In this document: in pieces, positions 52,719-62,471 of the stretch
Numbering within the stretch: position 1 is the first letter of the stretch
How the letters are laid out: every line of letters starts with the position of its first letter
NCBI GenBank assembly: GCA_964554805.1
Contig: CAZKPX010000003.1
Span: 12,366 to 76,365 of the forward strand
Direction: 5' to 3'
Length of the DNA: 64,000 nucleotides
Source: an uncultured Candidatus Saccharibacteria bacterium
Lineage (GTDB): Bacteria; Patescibacteriota; CAZHWT01
Position numbers and translations under genes: made by a program
Notes under the pieces: generated by a model
Database searches by the model: none
Told to the model about the DNA's origin: nothing
Seen by the model: the letters and a program-made list of their open reading frames with translations, nothing else

Positions 52719-52994
52719 TGTGCTCTGCCTTTCCTTTTTTGGTAACAAAAAACTCTCCGGTGAGGGAGAGTTAGAATGGTTACCAGATAGAAACGGAAAA
52801 AACGGGTATATCAGGCCATAGAACTTCCCTCAACATGACTGTTGGTAAACCAATAGATATAGTTGTGGGAACGTTGAGCTGACATAGGGGAAGTATACAC
52901 CTTGGAGCGACGAGCGACAAGCGACGGGTGACGAGGGGTGTTTTTGCTAGAAAAGGGATGGGGTATACTGGAGATACTAGGTGAAGGAGGTTTA

Positions 52995-53912
52995 ATGAAG
53001 GGTATTCAAGCTGAGATGGAGGGGATTTATTTGGTGCCGGTGTCGAAGAATGTTGAGACTGAGGTGATGAGAGCATTGTTTCCCAATAGAAAGATTGTGG
53101 TGTGTGATGCGTATGTGGCGGATATTGAAAAAATCGGGCGGTCGATTGCGGGGGGATTTGCCTTGGATGAGGATATTATCAATATTGATCATCATGCACC
53201 GGCTGTAGAAATGGAGCGGCCCATTTCTAGTACGCCGTTGGCTATTGAGTACATGCAAGCGTTTGGCTCTATTTCAAAAGACGCTGTGGTTGTGATAAAC
53301 CATATGGATGCTGATAGCATGCTGAGCTCGGCGGTTATGCGAGGCTTGATTGAACCTGAAGAGCGATTTGGTGAGGCGGCTATTGCGGCTGATCACACCG
53401 GAGCAGACAATGAACTGGCTGATTTGCTGCAAGGTTGTGGTCAGGCTCGAGACTTGGAATTTTCGTACCGCAACCTGAAGCTGTGGCTGGCAGGGCAGCC
53501 AATAGAAACGAAAGCGCAGGAGTTGTTGGATAAGCAGCGCCTGCAACGGGCTGAGGCTAAGAAGTTGGTTGATGAAGGGAAGTTTACTGTAACTGAGTCT
53601 GGTTTAGCTTGGATTTATGTGGAGGATAAGATTGATGGAGCCTTTTCCCCGGCTTTGTTGCCAGAGGCGAAAGTAATTTTGCAATTTAGTCCTATTGATG
53701 GGGGAGCTCGGCATCGAGTCGGTCATCGTCTGGGTTTGGCAGCTCCGGCTGGTATGACGTTGCATAAACTGGGTGTTGATACCTTTGATAAAGCTTTTGG
53801 TGGACGATGGAATGCTGGTAATAATAGCCGTGCAGGGGGAACCGAGATAGCTATGGAGGCTTATGTGGCTGAAGTTGATAAGCGATTTGGGGTTTTAAGA
53901 GCTAATAGTTAG
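52995..53912 (+). CDS. DHH-family phosphoesterase (NrnA-like)
   Basis: motifs CDAYVAD, IDHHA and NHMDADS; ribosome-binding site GAAGGAGG before the ATG at 52995. Confidence 0.55.
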   Translation: MKGIQAEMEGIYLVPVSKNVETEVMRALFPNRKIVVCDAYVADIEKIGRSIAGGFALDEDIINIDHHAPAVEMERPISSTPLAIEYMQAFGSISKDAVVVINHMDADSMLSSAVMRGLIEPEERFGEAAIAADHTGADNELADLLQGCGQARDLEFSYRNLKLWLAGQPIETKAQELLDKQRLQRAEAKKLVDEGKFTVTESGLAWIYVEDKIDGAFSPALLPEAKVILQFSPIDGGARHRVGHRLGLAAPAGMTLHKLGVDTFDKAFGGRWNAGNNSRAGGTEIAMEAYVAEVDKRFGVLRANS

Positions 53913-54623
53913 GCTTTTGATATTGTATTTATCTAGAATAATCTGAAACGATTGTCGATTTTTTGTCTTTTTAAGCCAGAACTTACGTCGAGAATCTTGA
54001 TCGGCGGTATCAAGTTGATTAAACAGAGTATCGAAGTTTAGTAGCAGGAGGTTGGTATGAGATGAAGGTGTGAGTTGCAAATCATGGCAGAGGTAGAGCG
54101 CTCTGATAAGGTCTCCAAGCAGGCAGCTGGCATAGGAGCGACCATTGCCGCGGTGATTAGCCCACACTTCAACACCGGATAGTCGAAGCTCGTACCGCTT
54201 ATCGTTTAAATCGATGAGGGCTTTGTCATCGCCTACTATCAAATTGCCTTTAGCGTCCATCAACATTAAGGTGAGATAGTCAGTGTGGTATGAATGTTTG
54301 CCAATGCTATCTTCGAAGAAATCTCCGCTGAGGCCAGTGGCTGAAATGTTTTCAAACTCCCATTCTGGGTAATGGACGCCTAGCTGAGCTTCGGCCTCCA
54401 AAACCGCCTCCGCAATACCGGGTTGATTTAACTGGTTGCCTTGAAAAATGACATCACAATCTTTGGGCGGTAAGCCTAGGGCGACGTTGCGTAGAAAGCC
54501 GCCAACGATGTGAGGATTTTTGAAGTTAGGATTTATCTGCTCGGCTAAAGCAAGAGTTTTTAATCGGGGTGTAACTAGTGGGTGGCTATTTAGTTGTTGT
54601 TCAAGTTCTGTTAGGGTTTTCAT
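53895..54623 (-). CDS. polymerase-beta-type nucleotidyltransferase, head domain only (CCA-adding/poly(A) polymerase family)
   Basis: GGFLRNVALGLPPKDCDV aligns to the CCA-enzyme GGAVRDLLLGRKPKDIDL motif; 242 aa. Confidence 0.55.
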   Translation of the reverse strand: MKTLTELEQQLNSHPLVTPRLKTLALAEQINPNFKNPHIVGGFLRNVALGLPPKDCDVIFQGNQLNQPGIAEAVLEAEAQLGVHYPEWEFENISATGLSGDFFEDSIGKHSYHTDYLTLMLMDAKGNLIVGDDKALIDLNDKRYELRLSGVEVWANHRGNGRSYASCLLGDLIRALYLCHDLQLTPSSHTNLLLLNFDTLFNQLDTADQDSRRKFWLKKTKNRQSFQIILDKYNIKSLTISS

Positions 54624-54771
54624 TTGACAAAGTATACACCAAATCGCCTGGTTGCTAGGGCATTTGACTAGCTGGCAACGCGCTGTCTGTTAAATGTGTA
54701 TTGTCTATGGTATCTTTTGTATAAACTATATTGTCTGTATGGCTCTTGTGTGAGCTGAGAGGATAGTACTT

Positions 54772-56343
54772 ATGTCAAATTCTGACCTGAACTCATTTGA
54801 GAACACACCATTGCCGGTGGAGGAGGCGGTGGCGTCGATGGTTATGCCTGGGGTGGGGATTCAGGCTTCTAATTTTGAAAACTTTAAGGATGATGTGTTT
54901 GGGCGGGATTCGATTCGGTTTGGTCGGGATTTGCCGGATCGGCAGGATATTGGGCGGCTGGTGATTGATAGTTTGGCTCGGTTGCAGGCGCGGGAGGAGC
55001 AGGTGGCGAATGAGATGGCTGATGCGACTTTTGGCGGGATTCATCATGAAGCCCGATTGCTGTATGTGGATGGACGAAAGATTGGGCCGAAACAGCAGGA
55101 GCATTTGCAGCGTTGGTCAAAGCGGTTTGGTGGTGATGACAATGGCTTTATTTATTATGGAGCTACTGATGCTACTCCGGATTATGTGACCTTTGTGGCT
55201 GAATATTGTCAGAGATTTGGCATGGAGTGGCTAGATGAGACATTTGAGCATGTATCAGGTAGAGAATATACGTATAAGCAAAGTTTGTTGGATGCCATTA
55301 CCTGGATAGAGGAGCGGTTGGAGGTGTCGGATATTGGGTTGGTGGAGTCGTTTCACCAGAATCCGACTGGACACTATTTCCAATTTTGGCGAGATACTCA
55401 TGAATCATATCGCGATCCTGAGGGCAAAATAATTAATGCGCTGGGGCCGATTGCTTCGTTTGAGGTGCAGATCAAAGCTTATGACGCGTTGATGAATGCA
55501 GCTGATTTGTTGGGTGACGAAATGCAGGATAAGGTTGAGGAGTGGAGAGATAGGGCGGCTGATCTGCGGAGACGCACTTTGGAATGGTTTTGGATGCCAG
55601 AGGACGACTATTTTGGCATGGCAGTAGATCGGGATGTTGAGGGCAAGCCGCGTCTGGTTAAGACGATTAGCTCGCTGCCAGCTGAGTCCTTGGACAGCCG
55701 ATTTTGGGGAGATTTGGATGAAGCTGATCGACAGAAGTATGTTGCAGCCATTGTCCAACGAACTTTTACTGATGAATTTTTGACTGAGGTGGGTATTCGA
55801 TGCCTGAGCAAGTCGCTGTTTGCGGTATTGAGCCATCATTTTAATCATGGTCCGAGTGCGGTGTGGCCGATGTCGAATAATGTAATCAGTATTGGGTTGT
55901 CTCGGCAAGGTTTTTATGTTTTGGCCGATGAATTGGATCAACGGACTCTTAATTCGGTTAATATTGCCGGTAAATTGTTGGAAAATTATGATGTGACTGA
56001 GGATGGTCGAATTAATTATGATCCGACGGCTGACAAAGAAATTGAGGTGGACAGGGAAGAGTTGATCTCATCAATTCTCCCTGAACACACTCAAGCCTGG
56101 ACGGCTTCAGCTATTGCTCGAATTCTTGCAACTCGACAGCAAGGATTGGCTAAGGAAGAGTCGTGGCAGAAAGCTTTGACTGAGGAAATACTCGGTACAA
56201 TTACGCCTGCTCCTCGATATTCTACACAGACAGAGCTGGATGAAGCATTTCCTCGACAGTATGGGTTTGTGGCTAATAGAGAGAGGGCGCTGGAGGAAAT
56301 GAATAAGGATTTGGTAGCAGCGGGTTATCCGACTATTCCGTAG
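54772..56343 (+). CDS. putative (alpha/alpha)6-barrel glycoside hydrolase (GDE_C/GH63-like)
   Basis: 523 aa; composition and length typical of this fold; no sharp motif seen. Confidence 0.4.
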   Translation: MSNSDLNSFENTPLPVEEAVASMVMPGVGIQASNFENFKDDVFGRDSIRFGRDLPDRQDIGRLVIDSLARLQAREEQVANEMADATFGGIHHEARLLYVDGRKIGPKQQEHLQRWSKRFGGDDNGFIYYGATDATPDYVTFVAEYCQRFGMEWLDETFEHVSGREYTYKQSLLDAITWIEERLEVSDIGLVESFHQNPTGHYFQFWRDTHESYRDPEGKIINALGPIASFEVQIKAYDALMNAADLLGDEMQDKVEEWRDRAADLRRRTLEWFWMPEDDYFGMAVDRDVEGKPRLVKTISSLPAESLDSRFWGDLDEADRQKYVAAIVQRTFTDEFLTEVGIRCLSKSLFAVLSHHFNHGPSAVWPMSNNVISIGLSRQGFYVLADELDQRTLNSVNIAGKLLENYDVTEDGRINYDPTADKEIEVDREELISSILPEHTQAWTASAIARILATRQQGLAKEESWQKALTEEILGTITPAPRYSTQTELDEAFPRQYGFVANRERALEEMNKDLVAAGYPTIP

Positions 56344-56531
56344 ATTTTGCATTTGGGCATTGAGAGGCTGTAAGATCAGGCTCTTGTAAATCTGCCTGGG
56401 GGCGATAGGTTTGGGTATCAGATTTAGCTGCGGATTAATGATTGGTTGTTGGGTGCTAGGATGGATTGTGATAGAAAGATGAGGTGAGGGAGCGTTCTCT
56501 TGCTGTCTGTTGAGCGGGGCTAAGGAGAAGG

Positions 56532-57107
56532 ATGATGACTGGCGAGCTGAGATGTTCGTGTGGTGTCTGGGGTATTCCTCCGAAAGCCAACTATTGCCCG
56601 ATGTGCGGCGGGCGGTTGTTTGCCAAGGATCAGGCTCAGTCTGGCTGGGAATGGTTGGGAGTGACATTGGATGAAACGGAGGATCAGTTTGATTGGTCTG
56701 TGGTTGTAGCTCGAGCGCTGTTGGCTGAGATTCAGCGATTGGGGAACTATTTTGGCGACTATGACCAGGGTATCTTCCGTTTTGGCCAGAGGCTGTGGTT
56801 GGCTTTTGATGGTCAGGAGTATGAGCTACACTTGAACTATCCCGCGATGTTTGAGTCGCGCTTTGCCGTTGAGCATAGCGCACAAGGAGAGACAGGCGAT
56901 CGGCCAATTGTGGTGCCGGCTCGTATCGATGTGTATCAGAGGAGCGATGAAGACAAGACTGTCTTGACGAGCCAAGAGCAGCTAGACTTTGAGCAGCTGC
57001 AACAGCGATTCAGTTCCGAAGTGATTCGCCAGTGGGCTAGCGGGTTGTATGGCCTGATGGCCTATCGTGCCTTCTATATCTCATTGGGAAACTTTGTTAG
57101 TCCGTGA
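56532..57107 (+). CDS. hypothetical protein with an N-terminal zinc ribbon (CxC...CxxC)
   Basis: ribosome-binding site AAGGAGAAGG; LRCSCGVWG...YCPMCGG. Confidence 0.45.
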   Translation: MMTGELRCSCGVWGIPPKANYCPMCGGRLFAKDQAQSGWEWLGVTLDETEDQFDWSVVVARALLAEIQRLGNYFGDYDQGIFRFGQRLWLAFDGQEYELHLNYPAMFESRFAVEHSAQGETGDRPIVVPARIDVYQRSDEDKTVLTSQEQLDFEQLQQRFSSEVIRQWASGLYGLMAYRAFYISLGNFVSP

Positions 57108-57117
57108 TTGTAGTTTT

Positions 57118-57160
57118 GTGTGGGTTCCGACTTGATTGTCGGAACCCACTTTGTGTTTGT
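57118..57160 (+). terminator. terminator GGGTTCCGAC-loop-GTCGGAACCC-ACTTTGTGTTTG
   Basis: 10-bp perfect stem followed by T-rich sequence. Confidence 0.65.
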
Positions 57161-57180
57161 TGTGTTGTATGTAAACCATG

Positions 57181-57215
57181 TTAATAGTTGAAGTTGGTTT
57201 TATGTTCTTGAAAAT
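57181..57215 (+). repeat. degenerate copy 1 of the ychF 5' end (TAGTTGAAGTTGGTTTTATGTTCTTGAAAATTAATGG)
   Basis: aligns to 58928-58965 (the real ychF start) and to 57719-57756. Confidence 0.6.
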
Positions 57216-57260
57216 TAATGGTTTCAAGTTGAAATGGAAGGGATTTAATCCTTTTGTGAG

Positions 57261-57557
57261 CTAGTGTGCCGAGGTTATCTGGGATGGCAACTCCCGGAGT
57301 TGCCAGAGAGGTATGAGTTGAATGTTGTTCTCTGGAATCCAGCAATAACCATGCCAACGTTTTGGCTCTCCAATAATTATTAGCTGGGCTTTGTTAACAG
57401 AAAGCATGGTGCTCCGGGTAAGGATGTGGATGCACGGCGCCGTTGTATGCAAGTGGGCGGGTAATGCATACCAATCAATACGCACTATGGCATTTTCGAG
57501 TAGATGCCGGTAGAGGTTTTCCGCAATTAGATGAGAATCTGTGCTGAGAGTAGACAT
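57261..57557 (-). CDS. hypothetical protein (98 aa)
   Basis: ORF only; no recognisable motif. Confidence 0.3.
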   Translation of the reverse strand: MSTLSTDSHLIAENLYRHLLENAIVRIDWYALPAHLHTTAPCIHILTRSTMLSVNKAQLIIIGEPKRWHGYCWIPENNIQLIPLWQLRELPSQITSAH

Positions 57558-57718
57558 TGTGTTCTTCTCCTGTACATCGAAGCTTAGCTACAGCAGCCTA
57601 GTTCAACGGCGGGATTGTGCATCATGGCGTAATAGGCAATTCAACGACTTAGCTAATTTTTGGTTTGATATAATGATCGAGAATTTATAGTCCCTGAATC
57701 AAGCTCGGGATGACAAGT

Positions 57719-57756
57719 AGTTGAAAGTTGTGTTCATGTCTTTGAAAATTGGGATA
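57719..57756 (+). repeat. degenerate copy 2 of the ychF 5' end (TAGTTGAAAGTTGTGTTCATGTCTTTGAAAATTGGGATAGTGGC)
   Basis: aligns to 58928-58972. Confidence 0.6.
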
Positions 57757-57888
57757 GTGGCAATAGTGTATCAACTTTAGAATTCACCTTTGATTTTCTA
57801 CTTCCATCGCCAGATAAGTTTAGAATAATAGCTAGAGGCGACCAATAGGAGAGAGCTTTTTGTTCAGGACCAGATTGGGCATATTTTT

Positions 57889-57917
57889 TGACATAAGACC
57901 TATAGTATGCTATAATT
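57889..57917 (+). promoter_or_regulatory. promoter TTGACA-17-TATAAT
   Basis: consensus hexamers about 45 nt upstream of the 57964 ORF. Confidence 0.6.
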
Positions 57918-57963
57918 ATAGATAGATCTCTACGACTTGACTTAAAATGAGAGGTGGGTGCTC

Positions 57964-58854
57964 ATGAAGATTATAGCTGTGGACGTTTCGGATCATCGGC
58001 TTCTGGTCAATCGCAAGGCTGATCAGCTGCTATTGGATGGCAAAGTCATTGGCCGGCCAATAAACGACCGCCTTGCAGGGTATTTGGTATACAGATATCC
58101 GCAGAAGTTTTCAACGATTTGCTTCAGGACAGACGAAGGGGGTACCTATTGTCTGGCTAGTCGCGAATTCGAATATTTCCCCGGACCCGATAATTCTGTT
58201 CGCAGATGCTTTGCTGAGCGGAAACGATTTGGTAAAGTGCAACTAACCTACCCTGAGGCAGTTCGGCGAATCAAGGTTGGCCTTGATCTTAGTCAGGGCT
58301 TGCCGATTGAGTGGGATGCTGAAGGTCGGTTTTTGACCAATTTAAGCAATGTTGAAATCCCTGCTCAGCGTCCGTGTGGAAAAGAGTGGGCAAGATTTGC
58401 TCGCATAGCTTCACTCCGAAGCATTTCGTCTGCTAACTGGCAGAGTATGCTTAAGGCGCTGGAAGGAAAGTACGTCCATCGGGTCTTGACTTTGGATCGG
58501 GTTCGATCTGAAGTGGAAGAGATGAAACGGATTGAAAGGCGTAAGCTCAGTCTGGAAAAGAAGCTGCAATCGCTGGCCATAGGCCAATGTTATCAGCCTC
58601 AAAGCGACGCTATTAAAGTAATAGATGTTGGCGAGAACATGGTGTTCTTCGTCACCATCGGTAGCCGGCAGCTGTATGCTGTTGATTCACCAAATTATGG
58701 CCGAGCCTTTTACTTGTTCGAGGAGTATGCAGATGCTGCTGCTTGGGCTACAAGGCTTATTGATCAATCAGAGGCCCGGCGAAGAGCACTAGTTTTCCAT
58801 ACCCATCACAATGGTTGGCAGGACAGGGTGGCTCGTTCGCTGGCTTCGGCTTAG
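57964..58854 (+). CDS. hypothetical protein (297 aa)
   Basis: ribosome-binding site GAGGTG; own consensus promoter. Confidence 0.45.
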   Translation: MKIIAVDVSDHRLLVNRKADQLLLDGKVIGRPINDRLAGYLVYRYPQKFSTICFRTDEGGTYCLASREFEYFPGPDNSVRRCFAERKRFGKVQLTYPEAVRRIKVGLDLSQGLPIEWDAEGRFLTNLSNVEIPAQRPCGKEWARFARIASLRSISSANWQSMLKALEGKYVHRVLTLDRVRSEVEEMKRIERRKLSLEKKLQSLAIGQCYQPQSDAIKVIDVGENMVFFVTIGSRQLYAVDSPNYGRAFYLFEEYADAAAWATRLIDQSEARRRALVFHTHHNGWQDRVARSLASA

Positions 58855-58946
58855 TGATCTGGTTTGTTGCGGGGCGGCTTCGATAGTCGTCCCGTTTTTT
58901 GTATCTGATATAATTATCCTGATATTTATAGTTGAAAGTTGGTTTT

Positions 58947-60002
58947 ATGTCTTTGAAAATTGGTATTGTGGGGCTTCCTAATGTGGGGAAGTCGACACTT
59001 TTTAATGCTTTGATGAAGAAGTCACAGGCGTTGGCGGCTAATTATCCGTTTGCTACTATTGAGCCAAATGTAGGGGTGGTGCCGGTGCCGGATGAGCGGT
59101 TGCAGGCGTTGGCTAAGTTGTATAATCCGCCCTCAGTGGTGCCGGCGACCATAGAGTTTGTTGATATTGCTGGGCTGGTTAAGGATGCATCGAAGGGCGA
59201 GGGGTTGGGCAACCAGTTTTTGTCTCATATTCGAGAAGTCGATGCGATTGTGCATGTGATGCGGGAGTTTGGTGATGGCAATGTGATTCATGTTGAGGGA
59301 CGGGTTAACGCTGACGAGGATCGAGAAATCATTACGACTGAGCTGATGTTGGCTGACTTGGGAGTGTTGGAGAAGTCTTGTCGAGTCAATAAGTCGGGTA
59401 ATATGGCCAAGGATGAAATAATTCGACAATCGGCTATTGCCAAGGCTATAGAAGCTTTAGAAAAAGGAAAAGTAGAAGATCTGATTCACTTGAATGATGA
59501 TGAGAAGCTTGCCTTGAAGAGTCTGAACCTGTTGAGCATGAAGCCGGTTATTTATATTCATAATGTTGATGAAGACCAATTGTTAGCAGGTGATCCGCTA
59601 CCTCCGGGGCATATCAAAGTCAATGCTCAGTTGGAGGCAGAACTTAGCTCATTGTCTGAGGACGAGCAGGTTGAATATCTGAAGGATTTGGGGATTGAGC
59701 AGAGTGGTTTGGATAAGGTGATTAAGGTGGGTTATGAGACCTTGAATTTGATGAGCTTTTTGACCGCTGGGGAGAAGGAGGTCCGAGCTTGGACTATTGA
59801 TCGTGGCAGCAAGGCACCGCAGGCAGCAGGGGAGATTCATACTGATTTTGAGGCTAAGTTTATCCGAGCTGAGGTGGTCAATTGGCAAGATTTGATGGAG
59901 CAGGGGAGCTGGAATGAGGCTAAGTCTAAGGGCATGATCCGGATGGAAGGTAAGGATTATGTGGTGCAGGATGGGGATGTGATGGTGATTCATCATTCTT
60001 GA
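58947..60002 (+). CDS. ychF: ribosome-binding ATPase YchF (Obg-like GTPase family)
   Basis: MSLKIGIVGLPNVGKSTLFNAL P-loop start; C-terminal TGS domain ...DGDVMVIHHS. Confidence 0.9.
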   Translation: MSLKIGIVGLPNVGKSTLFNALMKKSQALAANYPFATIEPNVGVVPVPDERLQALAKLYNPPSVVPATIEFVDIAGLVKDASKGEGLGNQFLSHIREVDAIVHVMREFGDGNVIHVEGRVNADEDREIITTELMLADLGVLEKSCRVNKSGNMAKDEIIRQSAIAKAIEALEKGKVEDLIHLNDDEKLALKSLNLLSMKPVIYIHNVDEDQLLAGDPLPPGHIKVNAQLEAELSSLSEDEQVEYLKDLGIEQSGLDKVIKVGYETLNLMSFLTAGEKEVRAWTIDRGSKAPQAAGEIHTDFEAKFIRAEVVNWQDLMEQGSWNEAKSKGMIRMEGKDYVVQDGDVMVIHHS

Positions 60003-60010
60003 TGAATCGC

Positions 60011-60058
60011 AGTGAGAAGCGAGAAGGAGAAGCGAGAAGTGAGAAATGAGAAGCGGAG
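60011..60058. repeat. heptamer tandem repeat (GYGAGAA)n
   Basis: GTGAGAAGCGAGAAGGAGAAGCGAGAAGTGAGAAATGAGAAG. Confidence 0.7.
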
Positions 60059-60094
60059 ATTGACACTTTTTAGGCAGAAGTGTATACTTTTGGT

Positions 60095-60376
60095 ATGAGT
60101 AGTTATGCAGTCATTAATCTTAAAACAGATCCAGTATTGAAGAAAAAGGCGGCTGAGGTGGCTGATAGGTTGGGTATTAGTTTGAGTGCGGTGTTGAATA
60201 ATGAGTTGCGGCGGTTTGCGGTGGAGCAAAGTGTGTCGTTTGAATTGCCGGAAGTGCCGAATGCTCAAACAGCAACCCTGTTGAAAGACTCTGAGATGGA
60301 GATAGTCGCTGGCGAGCATCATCGGTTTAAAAACAACCAGGAGGCGCTGGATTTTTTGGCCTCTGAGCTGGAGTAG
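60095..60376 (+). CDS. type II antitoxin, RelB/DinJ family
   Basis: MSSYAVINLKTDPVLKKKAAEVADRLGISLSAVLNNELRRF ribbon-helix-helix-like N-terminus; -10 TATACT lies 6 nt upstream. Confidence 0.65.
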   Translation: MSSYAVINLKTDPVLKKKAAEVADRLGISLSAVLNNELRRFAVEQSVSFELPEVPNAQTATLLKDSEMEIVAGEHHRFKNNQEALDFLASELE

Positions 60377-60399
60377 ATTGAGGTTAACTGATATCTCAT

Positions 60400-60657
60400 A
60401 TGACGATTTCGTATACCAAGGCTTTTATTAAACAAGCCAAAAAGCTGTCTCCTGCAGCCAGGCTACAGCTGCAAGAGCGGCTGAGATTGTTTGTCCAAAA
60501 CCCCCTAGATCCAAGCTTGCGCAATCATCCATTAAAGGGGCGGTATAAGCAATATCGGAGTATTAATATCAGCGGTGATTTGCGAGCTTTGTATCTATTG
60601 ACTGAAGGCGAAGCTATTTTTGAAGCTGTCGGTAGTCATAGTGAATTGTATGAGTGA
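60400..60657 (+). CDS. type II toxin, RelE/YafQ family mRNA interferase
   Basis: ...NHPLKGRYKQYRSINISGDLRALY matches the YafQ/RelE pattern (HPLKG..YRE.HI..DWLLIY); 85 aa. Confidence 0.65.
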   Translation: MTISYTKAFIKQAKKLSPAARLQLQERLRLFVQNPLDPSLRNHPLKGRYKQYRSINISGDLRALYLLTEGEAIFEAVGSHSELYE

Positions 60658-60668
60658 GGGGAGGGTTT

Positions 60669-61382
60669 ATGAAGTATTTAGTGGTTAATGCTGATGATTT
60701 TGGGTATACGGCTGGGGTTAATGAGGGGATAATTCGGGCTCATCGAGAGGGGATTGTGACTAGTGCTTCGTTGATGGTTGATGGGGATGCGGCTGAGGAG
60801 GCAGTTGCTTTGAGTAGGGATTGTCCTGATTTGGCGGTGGGATTGCACTTTCAAATGACGGATGAAGGATTAGTCAGTTTGATTCGGGCACATGGAAAAC
60901 TGTATTTGAGTTCGCAAGCTACGGTTGAGCGGGAATTTGGACGGCAGATCGAAGCTTTTGAAAGGTTAATGGGTCGAAAACCTAGCCATATAGATTCTCA
61001 TCATAGTATTCATTTGCATAGCCAACTAGTCAATATTATTTTAGAGTATGCAGATGAGCATGATCTAGCTGTTCGAGGACAAAATGGCAACAAATTTATA
61101 AGAGACTTTTTTGCCTGGGATAAACTAAAGAATACTGATTTGAGTAAAGTTAGTATCGAAAGCCTGAAGAGAGTGGTGGCCGGGTTGGAGGATGGAGTGA
61201 ATGAGTTGATGTGTCATCCGGGAGTAGCTGATGAGGCATTGTTGGCTGAGACTAAGTATGCCAAAGAGCGGGAGGTGGAGTTGCAGACTTTGACTGAGGC
61301 AGGATTGAAGGAATATGTTGAAAGTTTGGAGATTGAGTTGGTGTCTTGGGAAGAAGTTGGGCGGCTGGTGGGCCGCCCGTAA
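60669..61382 (+). CDS. ChbG/YdjC-family carbohydrate deacetylase
   Basis: MKYLVVNADDFGYTAGVNEGII...HIDSHHSIH. Confidence 0.7.
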   Translation: MKYLVVNADDFGYTAGVNEGIIRAHREGIVTSASLMVDGDAAEEAVALSRDCPDLAVGLHFQMTDEGLVSLIRAHGKLYLSSQATVEREFGRQIEAFERLMGRKPSHIDSHHSIHLHSQLVNIILEYADEHDLAVRGQNGNKFIRDFFAWDKLKNTDLSKVSIESLKRVVAGLEDGVNELMCHPGVADEALLAETKYAKEREVELQTLTEAGLKEYVESLEIELVSWEEVGRLVGRP

Positions 61383-61385
61383 GCA

Positions 61386-61751
61386 TTAGGCTTGATTTGG
61401 AGCTGCGGGCAACTGGGTGAGAGCTTGCTGATAGATATCAAGCAAGTTAGACCAATCGCTTGGAGCCTGTTGGAAGAGGGGGGAGAGGAAGGCGTTGACG
61501 ACCTCAATAATTGTTCCAGTGTTGCCGGATTCGCTACAAAAGTTGGCACCGACAGTTAGTCGAATGCATATCTGGCTGACCGCTTCCAGGTCGCCGTCTA
61601 TTCCGCTAAACGATTCTGGAAAAGCTTTGGAGATTGTCGAGTAGAATTTTTGTCGACTATCGCCGTCTGCTATTCTTTCAATCGCTTGCTCAATTACAAA
61701 CCTAATCTGACCGCCGCCGGTAATAATGGGTAACGGGGTAGAATGACTCAT
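61386..61751 (-). CDS. hypothetical protein (121 aa)
   Basis: promoter TTGACG-17-TAAAAT upstream on the minus strand. Confidence 0.4.
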   Translation of the reverse strand: MSHSTPLPIITGGGQIRFVIEQAIERIADGDSRQKFYSTISKAFPESFSGIDGDLEAVSQICIRLTVGANFCSESGNTGTIIEVVNAFLSPLFQQAPSDWSNLLDIYQQALTQLPAAPNQA

Positions 61752-61922
61752 GTGCTCTCCCTGCTTGTCTGGCTTGAGGTTAATTGAGGTGGGCGGATTT
61801 TAGCATGTCAAGGGGCAAGCGTCAAGGAGGTGGGGTTTTGACTTTTGTGGGTGGAGCATGCTATATAGCCAAGTGAGAGCTGAATCGTGTGACCAGTGGC
61901 TGTTCAGTACAAGGAGAGAGTG

Positions 61923-62471
61923 ATGAGCGACGGTGAGTTGATAGGGCTGAAGGATGTGACTGAGGAGCGCATTCTCCGGTCACTAGAGGATGGTTCAACA
62001 GATCTGTTTGCGGGTCATATGCTGCTGATCGCATATTATGTTGATTATGACGATCAGGTTAAGTATAGAAAAGACTGGCAAGCGGCGCACCCAGATAAGG
62101 CTTATTGGGCTCCGACTTGGTTGCGGCTGCTTGTTGGTAGCACATCCTTCTGCAGGATGGGTTGGCGGCATGACTTTTATGTCGTTGAATTGTGGGCAAC
62201 TATCGAGCTCGGTGCGTTGACTGACTGCGGTTGGATCGTAGACTTTTTGGAAGCGCCGCCGAAGGATGATGTTGTTGAAGGCTGGAAGAAGGAGCTGGTT
62301 GCGCATGTGACTGCTCTGGCCACGATAGGGTTGACCAACGCTGAGAAGTGGGGGTTGTCCTATGATCCGACTCGGCTGGCGTATGTCAAAAACGGCACGA
62401 CCAGTTACGAGCTGGATGAGCCGACGATGCACCTTCGGTCGTTTGATCTGTGGCAGGCTGGCTTCAAATAG
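61923..62471 (+). CDS. hypothetical protein (182 aa)
   Basis: ribosome-binding site AAGGAGAG before the ATG at 61923. Confidence 0.4.
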   Translation: MSDGELIGLKDVTEERILRSLEDGSTDLFAGHMLLIAYYVDYDDQVKYRKDWQAAHPDKAYWAPTWLRLLVGSTSFCRMGWRHDFYVVELWATIELGALTDCGWIVDFLEAPPKDDVVEGWKKELVAHVTALATIGLTNAEKWGLSYDPTRLAYVKNGTTSYELDEPTMHLRSFDLWQAGFK

